Source of the DNA: Octopus sinensis
Lineage: Eukaryota
Direction of reading: 5' to 3'
Length of the DNA: 64,000 nt
NCBI RefSeq assembly: GCF_006345805.1
Contig: NC_043006.1
Span: 67,456,001 to 67,520,000, forward strand
Positions 36,716-48,824 of the stretch are shown here, piece after piece. Position 1 is the stretch's first letter, and each line of letters starts with the position of its first letter. The notes beneath the pieces were generated by a model. The model had not been told where the DNA came from. It saw only the letters and a program-made list of their open reading frames with translations, and searched no databases. A program made the position numbers and the translations under genes.

Positions 36716-38230
36716 GAAGGCGTGGCTGTGTGGTTAGAAGCTTGTTTCCCAGCCACATGCTTCCCGGGTTCATCCCTCAGCGTGGCACCTTCAACAAGAC
36801 TACCGTCTACACTCCCACCACGGAGCAGATTCCCGTCGATGTACAACTGCTGGTAGCTCAACAAACACTTGCCAGCCTACCCAATTCCCCTGACGTATTC
36901 TTTTACACTGATTGCTCGACTAGAGAAGGCACAACCAACGGCGGAGCCTGTGTGGTAGTGCTGATACACGATGCGGTGGTCCTCGAGCGGCACGCCCCGA
37001 CTAGAGCTCACAGCAACTCATTCCACTCAGAGCGAGCAGCATTTAACGAAGCCCTCCGGTGGCTACAAGCCAATGACAACCGGGCCTCCACAACTACAGT
37101 TTGCGATTGCAAATCATTAGTTGAAGCGTTAGACAACCCGTTCCCAAGACTCGACAATTAGAGAATTGCAACAAACAGCAGCCCTAGTAGAAGCTGGCAA
37201 GATTTTGACGGTGATCTGGGTGCCGGGCCATTGCAACCTCCGCGGCAATGAACTCGCAGATATGCAGGCAAAACGTGGCTCGGTGCTGCCACAACCGGAT
37301 GCCGCCATCGATACAGCCATTCGTCAGGCGGTTATTCGTCGAACGTTCCAGCCAACGCCAATTCAACACCCTCGTCTGAAGGAAGTCTTCACAAAGAAGC
37401 CGGATGAAAGAACCGAAGCAGCCCTCTCGAAGGTAGACTTCACAGACATGATACGCTTCCGTAGTGGTCATCATCCGGCGCTCAGGCGGTGGCAAAAGAT
37501 GGCAGAATGCAGCGACACAGATCAATGCAGACTCTGTAACGAGGAGGTGGAATCTGCTGAACATCTCTGGCTGAGATGTCCGGCCGATTGTTGAACGCTA
37601 TATCCGCCAACTAGGGGCTACAATGGATGAGATGATTCGTCTCCCTTCCGCGGCTCTAGCGCTTCTGAGGTGGCCAACAACAATAATAACAACAACAACA
37701 ACAACAGCCTTCAGCAAGTGTCTTCTTCTATAGCCTCGGCCCGACTAAAGCCTTTTCAGCGGATTTTGTAGACAGAAACTGGATGAAGCCTGTCGTATAT
37801 ATATATATCCTTTTACTTGATTAAAGTCAATTTGACTGTGGTGATACTCGACCACCACCTTAAATGCGTGTGTGTGTGAGTGTGTATATGTATATATGCG
37901 TGTGTGTGCATGTGTGTGTGTATATGTGTGAGTGTATATATAGATGTGTGTGTGTGCGTGCGTGTATATTTATGTGTGTATGCATGTGTGAGTGTGTGTA
38001 CATGCCTTTGTGCCTGTGTTCGTCGCCTCCGCAATCACTTCCCAACCGATGTTGGTGTGTTTACATCCCTGTAACCTAGCAGTTCGGCAAAGACACCGAT
38101 AGAATAAGTACTAGACTTACAAAGAATAAGTCCTGGTGCCGGAGTCCTGCGTGCGATTTCTTTGGTTAAAAATCCTTAAAGGTGGCACGCCAGCATAGCT
38201 GCAGTCAAATGACTGAAACAAGTAAAAGAA
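36716..38230 (+). mobile_element. SINE family B interrupted by a LINE and microsatellites
   Basis: Head 36716-36798; body resumes at 37708; 3' domain 38030-38230. Confidence 0.8.
36799..37707 (+). mobile_element. 5'-truncated I-group LINE (RNase H plus CCHC) with (AAC)n tail
   Basis: YTDCS..GGA, ERAA, DCKS, WVPGHCNLRGNELAD, CRLC..HLWLRC; TSD CCTTCA[A/G]CAAG. Confidence 0.88.
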
Positions 38231-38271
38231 TAAAAGAATAGATAGAGAGAGAGAAAGAGAGAGAGAGAAAC

Positions 38272-38350
<79 letters not shown>

Positions 38351-38358
38351 TAGATAGG

Positions 38359-38421
<63 letters not shown>

Positions 38422-38422
38422 T

Positions 38423-38501
<79 letters not shown>

Positions 38502-38511
38502 GTAGATAGAT

Positions 38512-39707
38512 GTTTCTTTATTAGCCACCAGGGGGCACTGCACACAGATAGAACAAATTACAAGGTAGAGCTTTTCTTTTGGGGGTAAAAAAAAAGGGAG
38601 TGGTGGTTTTCGATCAAAAGGGATCGTAAAAGGAAAGAAAGAGGACAAAAAAAAAGGGAGGGGTAATAAAAAAAAAAAAAAAGGTGGGGGGAGAGCAAAA
38701 AAATTGATCAATAGGGATCGTTATCACAGAAATGTCAATATGAAGTGTAAAGGGGAGAACAGGTGAGGTTTACCCGTGGAAAGAAAAGCCTACGGAAAAG
38801 ACCACGGTAACCTCGGTCAATGAAGTCACATGTTATATTTCTTTCTTTTTTTGCAAATAAGCAACTCTCTGTATTAATTTTACGGTTCATAGAATCATAG
38901 TCAAGGTGGCTTCGTCATTCATACGTGCCATCCTTGCTACATTCACCCATCTTTTTTTTAAAACATTCACTAGACAAAACTTGCCTCTCTACTCTCACTT
39001 TCCTCTTCAAGTGATACTTGAAGAAGTTGATGAGAGATTGACCAGAGAGGAAAGTGTTTGTCTCTAATCCTTTCAGGCGCGTCCACCAGATACATTCTTT
39101 CGCCATAGCCACAAGTATGATAAAAATAGCTCTTCCTTCCCGTTTGAAGGAAGGAGGCGCGTGACGATATTAACGATAGACTCGGCTGATAAACCGACAC
39201 GTCCCACACGTGACAGCAGTCGTTCGACATAAGCCCACAGGTCGGAAATTGCTGGACACTGCACGATTGCGTGCAGAGCGGTTTCGTCGCTCTGCCCACA
39301 TCTCGGGCAGGTCGGCCCGTGTTTCTCGAGCCATGCCTATAGAGCTTATCCCGAACGGGCTAGCGCTTTCGGTAGCACCGCCAGGCAGGGATCTCTGGAA
39401 GTTGTCCATAGGTCCCGGGCCGAAAGTCGTTTGAAACAGGCGGGTCAGGTATTCCTCGTCGACGCCCAGGTTTGCCCGAGCTCGTCGTCGTACTCCCCTC
39501 CACTAATCCCCTATAGAATGCTTTGGTTGTGTTGAAGTCACTCAAGGTCGACCCGGGACGGGAGAGTTGCTTGAGAGCAACGCGACACTCGCGGTGCCAT
39601 TCGCCCTTCCTCGGCCTCTTTTTGATCCACGACTGTAGTTCGGTCATGGAGACGAGTTGCGGGAATGCGTGCCTCACAAACGACGACCACACCTGTTCAC
39701 CGTCGTC

Positions 39708-39709
<2 letters not shown>
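38512..39709 (-). mobile_element. 5'-truncated Tx1-clade LINE within a (GATA)n array
   Basis: ORF2 C-terminus (LDDGEQVWS.., CPAISDLWAYVE, KECIWWTR); 3' end AATAAAGAAAC+(ATCT)n; GATA arrays on both sides. Confidence 0.85.
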
Positions 39710-39798
<89 letters not shown>

Positions 39799-39841
39799 TC
39801 ATACACCCACATATCATTTAATGCAAACTGCATTAGAATCA

Positions 39842-39923
39842 GAGCTACTAACAGTTTCTTGCCATTGAGAAACGTGGTTAAGCCTATTTACGTGTCTAAA
39901 TGGCAAGAAACTATTAGTAGCTC
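39842..39923. repeat. 25-bp inverted repeat of a small dispersed family
   Basis: gagctactaacagtttcttgccatt / aatggcaagaaactattagtagctc; the right arm also occurs at about 1234-1257. Confidence 0.6.
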
Positions 39924-40031
39924 CTATTTTAATACAGTGTACGTTAAATAATATATTTATCTCACACTGGATGTAGCACGTTTTTGTTCATCTTATCATA
40001 ACTGAAGAGTGAAATTAATAGATAGACAAGT

Positions 40032-40121
<90 letters not shown>

Positions 40122-40144
40122 CATATATATATTTACATACATAC

Positions 40145-40177
<33 letters not shown>

Positions 40178-41020
40178 CGTATATACATATATACAAAAAT
40201 ATACATATATATGTATACATATGTGTATAAATATATATGCATATATATATATATGTATATATATATATTCCTGTATGTATATATATATATATATATATTC
40301 CTGTATGTATATATGCATATTCATGTATGTATGTATGTATGTATGTATGTATGTTTGTATGTATGTATGTATTAATGTATGTATGTATGTATGTATGTAT
40401 GTATGTATGTATGTATGTATGTATGTATGTATGTATGTATGTATGTATGTATGTATAGAAATACACACACAAACACGCGTGTCAAATATTTCAATATTCG
40501 GATTTGTATAATGTTTTTGCCTTTCTAATCGATTTCTTTTCAAATCGTTTACACATGAAATATTTTTGGCTATTCTGAGAAGTTCGGCATTTATTTTGTT
40601 TGTGAACGTTTGAATGTGTGTAAGTTGTGTGTGCTGGGTGTGTATTTGTGTCACGTGTGCTGTGTGTGTATTTGTTGCGTGTGTATATGTGTCATGTGTG
40701 TTGTGTGTGCGTGTGTCTGTGAGTGTATTGAGTACAGAACAAAGAAATGAAAAGACAACACAAAATGGCCACTAGCATCAATTTGGCTGAAGAAATTGCT
40801 GAAGAAACATAACTGAATACTATAGAAAATAAATTCTTGAGTAATTGAAATTATCTTTATTCTGAGAGGAGATAAACAGACTCCTAGCAGCGATGTCTAT
40901 CGGCAATAATTTTGAAAGCGAAATGGTCTCAAAGAATCAAGAATTTTCACGAATTAATATGCCATTAGTAAAAAGATGATATCTTTTGTTTGGATATTTT
41001 TTCTGGGAGTAAAAGACGAA

Positions 41021-41061
41021 TGTGAACCCGTGTTTCTACCACAATAGGCGTCATCAGAACA
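41021..41061 (-). ncRNA. Decayed HHR-like motif (C3-G8)
   Basis: TGTT CTGATGA CGCC TATTGT GGTA GAAAC ACGG GTT CACA. Confidence 0.35.
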
Positions 41062-41347
41062 GTATTGTTTTTCCATATCTGTATCTAGACATAAGACACA
41101 GGTGTATACTTAAACAATAGAAGACTATATTGGCCTAGAATAATTTGCATAAATTAAAGTGAAAACGAGTCAAGGAAAACAGTTCAAAATGACCAACATT
41201 AATTAGAACGGTAACAAGAAAGACAGTCATACTAAATGCCTTTTTATTTAGTAGCAGAGAAGGTAAATAGACATCTAGCAGCAACTGTTACCGATTCCGA
41301 ATGAGTAGAAAATATATAGGCATATATGTGCATCTGTGCATGTATAG

Positions 41348-41384
<37 letters not shown>

Positions 41385-41385
<1 letters not shown>

Positions 41386-41612
41386 CGATTAGTATTTGCG
41401 AGGGGAATCATCGTTTCCATCTCTAGCCTTACGTGATATACACAGACCCGGGTTTCTGAATCTGTGTAGCATCGTCCTCTATTTGACTGCTACATTTAAT
41501 TGGCAGTTATATTTTACGATTCCGTATTGTTACGGTCCAGGAATGGAAACCATGGTCTCGCTATTGTGAGTGCAATAGCCCCAACCACGAAGCTATGCAC
41601 CCTCACACATAC
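41385..41612 (-). mobile_element. tRNA-headed SINE-like element (distinct family)
   Basis: Reverse complement TAGCTTCGTGGTT..CATGGTTTCCATTCCTGG head resembles 46200. Confidence 0.5.
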
Positions 41613-41810
41613 ATACATGTTATGTTAAATGTTTTGATGTTTTGGGCAATGACGAAATTTCAAGCATTGCCAAAGAGACAGCGCGAACTGCAGACAGGCC
41701 GGTTGGAAATACAACAGTAAAATCCCGCTCAGCCACTTGTCCGTCCTTTTATCTAATTTCATTATGTTTTATGCTATTTCATTTTTTTTTTTTTATTTGG
41801 AGGAAAAGGA

Positions 41811-42176
41811 ATATTTTCTACACTAGGCACAAGGCCCGAAATTTTGGGGAGGGGGACTAGTCGATTAGATCGACCCTAGTATGCAACTGGTACCTAATTT
41901 ATCGACCCCTAAAAGATAAAAGGCAAAGTCGACTTCGGAGGAATTTGAACTCAGAACGTAAAGAGAGACGAAATACCTATTTCTTTACTACCCACAAGGG
42001 GCTACACACAGAGGGTCAAACAAGGACAGAAAAACGGATTAAGTCGATTATATCGACCCCAGTGCGTAACTGGTACTTATTTAATCGACCCTGAAAGGAT
42101 GAAAGGCAAAGTCGACCTCGGCGGAATTTGAACTCAGAACGTAGCGGCAGACGAAATGTCGATAAGCATTTCGCCC
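41811..42176 (-). mobile_element. SINE family A dimer with Tx1-like tail
   Basis: Junction gacgaaatac|ctatttctttac at 41976/7. Confidence 0.85.
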
Positions 42177-42290
42177 TTTTAATCTGAGGTCGTGGGTTCG
42201 TGTCCCCCTGTGGGCGAAGGCAGATTTTTACTTCAGCATGGCCGCAGCCTTCGGGCTAAAACATTTTAAAGGATTTTAAGGATTTAAGGA
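42177..42290 (+). mobile_element. tRNA-Lys-derived fragment plus short SINE-B-like tail
   Basis: TTTTAATCTGAGGTCGTGGGTTCG..TGGGCG resembles the tRNA-Lys 3' half; followed by cagcatggccgcag. Confidence 0.6.
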
Positions 42291-42948
42291 TAGATAAACC
42301 TGAATGATGTGTTCGCGTAACGCCAACAACCAACAATATTTTGTGTCCTTAGCCCGGCATAAAGTCTACTTGGAATTACAGCTCTCCAAAGTTAGCGGTG
42401 GTTGCACTGTAAATTGAAGTGTGTTTATGCACGCTTCTGTCGCTATGTCTATATATATACATAAGCTTATGTGCGTGATCTAGTGTCTTGTATTTCATAT
42501 TTCAGTGTGTATGAATGTGATGTATATGTGTGCATAAGCATGCTTGTCAGTTTTGTGCATGCGTGTGCGTGCGTATGTGTGAATGTCAACATGTGAAAGC
42601 CTATATGTGTATATATTCAGGTCTGTGAATTTGTACATAAATGTGTGTGTATGAGTGTCATCGTTTGTCTTGTGTTTATATGTGTGTGTCCTTGTCCTTG
42701 TGTGCATGTATATTCATATGTATATAATATTAAGATGTGTATAGGTCATTCTATATATATGTATATGCATTTATATATACATACATCTATATATACCTAT
42801 ATAAGTATTTATATGTATACACACATCTATATATGTATATATAGTCATACATTTTTATACGTACATATATATATATATATATATATATATGCATGCATAT
42901 ATGCATTCGTACATACATCTATATATGCATATATATATGAATATATGC

Positions 42949-42993
<45 letters not shown>

Positions 42994-43498
42994 CATCTAT
43001 GTCTCTCTCTCTATATATATATATATGCACGTGTATATATGTAAGTATATATATATGTGTGTGTGTACGTATTATGTATGCAAGTATGCATGTGTGTGTA
43101 TGCGTGTGAATGTGTTTGTGTGTGCACGTGCAGTTATATGTCTATATGCGTATCTACGCGCGAACTCTCGTGGCTATTCTGACCTAAATTCAATGAAGGA
43201 TAATGTAGTAATTCTTTCTCGTAGATCTTCGCTATCCGGAATATATTTCATTTAAGCGTTGTTCAGTTGCCCGCCATGATACTTGTGACAGAATCCGTTC
43301 TAATCGTAATTGATCGTTTATCAATTGCAACGCCACGCCATGCTAACACGTAACTACAATTATAGAAGACAGTTGTGTATTCATTAAGCGATGTGAAATG
43401 GTAACCTAAAATCTTGGTAAAATTTAGCACAAATATAATTTGTGTGTGTGTGCGTGTTTGTATTTGTGTGTGTTGTCCTGTGTCTGTGTCTGTGTGCC

Positions 43499-43524
<26 letters not shown>

Positions 43525-43529
<5 letters not shown>

Positions 43530-43700
43530 CAGGATGCTGAAGAGTATCTGGCTTTAATGGTATCACGAATGGCTCGATTTGGAGGTTCAACCTTCCGAGT
43601 TTATTTTTATAGGGATTAAAAAGCTGAAGGACCACTACAATAAGCGATTGAATCTGAGAAGAGAATATATCGAATAAAATCTTAATTAACTGATTTATGT
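43525..43700 (+). mobile_element. Mariner-like deletion relic; second 3' piece at 44225-44306
   Basis: GIKKLKDHYNKRLNLRREYIE* and LKDHCNKYVNLRGEYFE*. Confidence 0.5.
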
Positions 43701-43759
43701 ATATGTATATGCATATATATATATATATTATAATATAATATATATATATATATATATAC

Positions 43760-43930
43760 AATTTCAGCATGGAAGGTGTTTATAAGCCATTTAAAAACAC
43801 GCAAAAAATGTTTGATTCACTTCAACATTTAAATTTAATTTGCCAAAATATTTTCGGCGCTTTAAGACCGCGACCTGTTCACTGACAAAATTCCGTTCTG
43901 CACGGAATTTTTTTCAGTGAACAGATCGTG
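43760..43930. mobile_element. Foldback PLE-derived element
   Basis: Hairpin ctgttcactga..ttccg..cggaa..tcagtgaacag; left end at (TA)n. Confidence 0.65.
43839..43889 (-). ncRNA. Type-I HHR-like motif, G3-C8 core
   Basis: TTTGTCA GTGAACA GGTCGC GGTCTTAAA GCGCC GAAAA TA TTT TGGCAAA. Confidence 0.65.
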
Positions 43931-44144
43931 AGATTCTCGTAAACTTACGTTTTGACAAGTCAATCTGCATTGAATGAGAAAAGTTTGCGAAAAACTGCGT
44001 AAAATTCGGTTTTTTGCCAATAACTTCCGCAGTTACCAAAACCGATTCCTTTCAAATTTGACAAGAATATTACCCATGCTTAATTGACTGTTTTAAACTA
44101 ATAATATATATATTATTTAATAGACACAATGCATGTTTTTTTTA

Positions 44145-44201
44145 TGTGCTACTAATAGTTTCATATTTTGAGAAATACCTCAAACATAATCATCAGGCAC
44201 A
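44145..44201 (-). ncRNA. Type-I HHR, canonical core
   Basis: TGTGC CTGATGA TTATGTTTGAG GTATTT CTCAAAATAT GAAAC TATTA GTA GCACA. Confidence 0.7.
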
Positions 44202-44344
44202 AACGATCATAACGAACAGAGCTTAGATTAACTGAAGGACCACTGCAACAAGTATGTGAATCTGAGAGGGGAATATTTTGAATAAAATCTTAAATCACCC
44301 TCCTGTATTTTCTTTTGCCCAAAATCAAGAACTTATCAGTACCC

Positions 44345-44560
44345 TTGTATATATAAAACAGATGACCGTGGGTCTGTCTGTGTGTGTGTATGCACGTTAT
44401 ACGTTTCCACATTTTTCAACCGATTTCACCCAAACTTGACACTTTATATCCCACCCCACTCTGCGTATAACCAAACACCGCCAATAACTGTTCAGAAAAC
44501 CAGTTTTTTGCCCATAACTCTCAGGTTTTTCGAGTGATTTCCTCCAAATTTGACACGAAC
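44345..44560 (+). mobile_element. Possible Helitron/HINE-like 5' segment
   Basis: tatatataaaa..gtctgtctgtgtgtgtgtatg..ttttcaaccgatttcacccaaacttg pattern. Confidence 0.35.
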
Positions 44561-44569
44561 ATTACTCAT

Positions 44570-45100
44570 GAATTAAGATCCGTTTCCCAAAGAACCGACA
44601 TATTCATAGAGAGATATACAAATAATATCCAACCAAACTCCACCGTTTTCCTAATCTACCAGTACAAAGAAACAATTTCTGTACAAGAACGTTTAAATAT
44701 AGAAAATATATTTATCGAAAAATACAGAACACGCCTCAATATGAACGCATAACCAACTTAATTCATGATAACATACCCACCACTGTACATATTTCATCTC
44801 ACTACTTTAGCTTTTGAGCTTTTGTATATTTATTTATCCCCATCCCAAAAAGAATGAGCAATTTCTTTCCCTGTCCTGTATAATAACGACCACCAATTAC
44901 CTCCCCTTAGATTTTTCTTCTTGTTGATTCATGTACAAACTTCTATACAAGAACATAGACTAAACTCTTAAGAAAATACGAAATTACAATAATTTCATTG
45001 TCATGATTAGCGAAAGCGAAACCGTCGACAAACACAATATTCTTTCACTTATAAATATTTTAAAATATATATTACATCTATGTTAATTGCGTGCATTTTC
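44570..45100 (+). mobile_element. Penelope-like element 3' end, paralog of 23380-23900
   Basis: FIEKYRTRLNMNA*; colinear terminal repeat ending at (TA)n. Confidence 0.75.
44998..45031 (+). ncRNA. Minimal type-I HHR-like motif, A3-U8 core
   Basis: TTGTC ATGATTA GC GAAA GC GAAAC C GTC GACAA. Confidence 0.65.
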
Positions 45101-45105
45101 CTTTT

Positions 45106-45168
<63 letters not shown>

Positions 45169-45634
45169 CAAATACAAATACATAATACACATATATACAT
45201 ATATATATATCGATATATATGTACATAGTGCAGTAAGTGGCCTTCTCTCTCTCTCATGTCCATGGATGTGTGTGTATGTATTTATATGTGTGTGCTTGTG
45301 CTCTGGATAGTCACGAGTTGCTGTTTTATAACATATTTGAAATAAAACAACTACAGTAGCAAATGAGTAAAGATGTCCATATTGATATTTCAGTTCTTTG
45401 TGTATCCTTCGTAAGCAGGGCGATGATGAAAGACGTTCCAACCATGACTGTGCCATCAACTTGTATATCATGATCCAATTTGTCCTACTTTATCTAAAAA
45501 TGCAAGATGTGATTGGAGAAGAATGAAGCTGTTTATTTCTAGCAAATCAGTCGATCGCATAGAGGCTCCCTCATTTACTCCTTCAAATGAGGCGCTAGAA
45601 AATGCAGCCAAGTTCTCCATTTAATCACATCTTT

Positions 45635-45850
45635 TATCTTTCACTTGTTTCAGCCATTAGGTTGTGGCCCTGCTGGGGCACTGCCTTGTTGAAGAAGTTT
45701 AGTTAAATGAATCGACTCCAGTACTAATTTCTTTTTACTGGTATTTATTCTATCGACATCTTTTGCCGACCGGCTAAGTCACGAGGACGTAAACACACCA
45801 CCAGCGGTTGTCAAGCGATGATGAACAAATACAAAGACACACATATAATA
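45635..45850 (-). mobile_element. SINE family B, 3' half
   Basis: ttgtttcagccattagg..gccgaccggctaagtcacgaggacgtaaacac. Confidence 0.7.
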
Positions 45851-46119
45851 TCCAGGCTGATACAGAATTTCTCTGAGTAAAATGCCAAGGTTCCTTCTGA
45901 TGGTGCGTTTTTTGGGTTTTTTTTTTTGGTAATCTTCCTTTAGCTCTCATCATCCGATGTCCCAGTTTATTTCTTAGCGACATAAACCAGAAATTATTTT
46001 ATGAGACTTGAATATATAAAATAATTAAATAAAATTGAATATTACGTATTTATGGAATTTTTATTTACTGACGGGTGACTTTTGGCCAACACTGTACATT
46101 ATATATATACTATATATAC

Positions 46120-46154
<35 letters not shown>

Positions 46155-46199
46155 TGTATGTATGTATGTATTTATGTATGTAAGTACGTATGTATAATG

Positions 46200-46480
46200 A
46201 GGGCAGCACATGGCCTAGTGGTTAGTGTATCGGACTAACGATCGCGAGATCATGGTTTCAATTCCTAGACTGGGTGGTGCGTTGTTTTCTCGAGCAAGAC
46301 ACTTCATCTCACGTTGATTTGCCGTCACTTCGACACCTGACGCGTGGCACACAGTGCACCTGTTCAGACAACGTCGATTAGATGGCCTGAGGGAGCTAAT
46401 GTGCGGCACACCAAATCATTTGTGCAGGTCGTTCGGCAAAAGTTGAACGCTCATTCGTCGTCTTCAGCGGGAGAATCCAC
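46200..46480 (+). mobile_element. tRNA/CORE-like SINE related to family C, with a different 3' part
   Basis: TGGCCTAGTGG..GGTTTCAATTCC..GAGCAAGACACTT. Confidence 0.7.
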
Positions 46481-46494
46481 CATTTATGTATACT

Positions 46495-46900
46495 ATTTTA
46501 CTCTTTTACTTGTTTCAGTCATGTGACTGTGGCCATGCTGGAGCACCGCTTTTAGACGAGCAAATCGACCCAGGACTTATTCTTTGTAAGCCTAGCACTT
46601 ATTCCATCGGTTTCTTTTGCCGAACCGCTAGTTGCGGGGACGTAAACAGACCAGCATCGATTGTCAAGCGATGTGGGGGGGGGACAAACACAGATGCACA
46701 AACATAAACACACACATACATATATATATACATATACACGACGGGCTTCTTTCAGTTTCTCTCTACCAAATCCACTCACAAGGCTTTGGTCGGCCCGAGG
46801 CTATAGTAGAAGACACTTGCCCAAGGTGCCACACAGTGGGACTGAAGCTCGAACCATGTGGTTGGTAAGCAAGCTACTTACCACACAGCCACTCCTGAGC
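46495..46900 (-). mobile_element. SINE family B, full length
   Basis: All domains present. Confidence 0.9.
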
Positions 46901-46901
46901 C

Positions 46902-46937
<36 letters not shown>

Positions 46938-47019
46938 TGTATGTATGTATGTATGTATGTATGCGCGCATATGTGTACGATGGGCTGCCACGCAGCTGAT
47001 CGTGATTATAAGTTTAAAT

Positions 47020-47237
47020 ATAAGACGGCGAACTGGCAGAATCGTTAGCATGCCCGGCGAAATGATTAGCATATTTCGTCTGTCTTTATGTTCTGAGCTC
47101 AAATTCCGCAGAGCTCGACTTTGACTTTCACCCTTTCGGGGTCGATAGATTAAGTACCAGTTGCGTACTGGGGTCGATCTAATCGACTGGTCCCCTCCCC
47201 AAAACTTTCGAGCCTTGTGCCTAGAGTAGAAAAGAAT
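47020..47237 (+). mobile_element. SINE family A, full length
   Basis: aagacggcgaactggcagaa..agagtagaaaagaat. Confidence 0.88.
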
Positions 47238-47489
47238 ATAGGTTTGAATACAGGTTTGTGCTGATCGAACTAACCTATATTCAAATACGTTCCGACAGTG
47301 ACCATTCTGTTATCTATGTGTGTTTTGGACTACGTTATCCAACATTTCTTTCTATTTTGAGGCGGTATGCTAAGTTATGAGAAGGGAGAGATACAGCTGC
47401 TATTTTTAACATTTCGAATGACCATAAAAAGGATTCGAAGTTGTAGATTGTTGTATGAGTGGTAATACGGTCGTTGAACTGGTATTTAG

Positions 47490-47830
47490 CATCAGTGGTG
47501 CTGCCGACGGCGACGGTGAGGGTGGCGGCAATGGTAGTGTTGGTGGCAGTGGTGGTGGTGGTGGTTTGTTGTTAACGTTGGCTCTTTGCTAGTATTGGTA
47601 GTTGCTAGAGTTGCCGGTGGTGGTGGTCGTGGTCGTGGTGGTCGCGGTCGTGGCGGTCGTGGTGGTGGTCGTGGTGGTCGTGGTGGTGGTGGTCGTCGTG
47701 GTTGTGGTGGTCGTCGTGGTCGTGGGGGGGGGGCGGCAGCGAAAGCGGTGGCGGCGGTAACGGAGGTGATGCTGTCGCTGCCGCTGTTACTGCTGCTACT
47801 GGCAGACAAGCAAACAATGAACGACGACGA
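47490..47830. repeat. GC-rich triplet low-complexity block
   Basis: (GGT)n/(GTC)n/(GAC)n mosaics; similar blocks at 48450-48670, 50380-50690 and 60300-61140. Confidence 0.85.
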
Positions 47831-48824
47831 GTGGACAATGGACGATCGACAATGGACCATTGAGACACACAGACACACACACACGTAACACATCACAAAC
47901 GCCCACAACCCCAACGCAACACGCACACAGCACGCATATCGAAAACACTCAAACAGCCCTGGGACTAGAAAACGGTGGAGTGGCCTCTTCATTAAAAAAT
48001 TGGTATTAACTAAGAGCAGAAGAGAGAGGATACGATATGACGGTGGTAGGAGTGGTTAGGGTGACATCTTGGAATTATCATGGTATGGGAGTACTAGGAG
48101 CTGGGTGATGTTTGGAGGAGGTGGACTGACCGGAGTTATGTGGAGGGAGGTTGAGGAACCGGGATTCTTTCAGTGAAATTGGGTTTTGGCGGGTGGGGGA
48201 ATAGTTGGGGAGAAAGAGAGGGTTCGATAGCATTTTTTAATCATTATAATTATTCTTTGTTATTGTTTTAATAAGATTTTATTGTTATTTAAAAAAAGAA
48301 ATTATCATTATTATTATTATTATTATTATTATCGGTTTTATTATTATTTTATTTGAATTTTCTCTCTCTTTTCTTTGACAGGCTCAGTAATGAAGAGATT
48401 ATGATGGTTGAAGTTTGTGTGACTGTAAAGGACAGGGGTGGAGGGTAACGATGATGATGGTGGGGCGGTGAGTGGGTGGTAACGGCGGTGTGGGGATAAG
48501 GATGATAGTAACGGGATGACGATAATGATAATGGCATTCATGGTGATGTTGAATGTGATGACGACAGTGATGATGATCATGATGATCATGATGATAACGA
48601 TGCTGCTGATGATGATGTTGATGATGATAATGAGTATGATGATGATGGTGATGATGATGGTGGTGTTGACATGACACACACACACACACATACACACAAG
48701 CTCTTCTCACCTCCCCGCCCCTGATGTGCACCCAACCTTACCATTCTCTATCTCATTAATTTGTCTTAAGGACAGATATCCTATATACACAACAGCATAT
48801 ATAACATTTAGATGAGAACTGATA

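Noticed and set aside
47492-47992. Pro/Arg/Gly-rich ORFs (also 50371..50820 and 60288..60702)
   Set aside because: Triplet low-complexity DNA, open in several frames on both strands, with no domain or splice support
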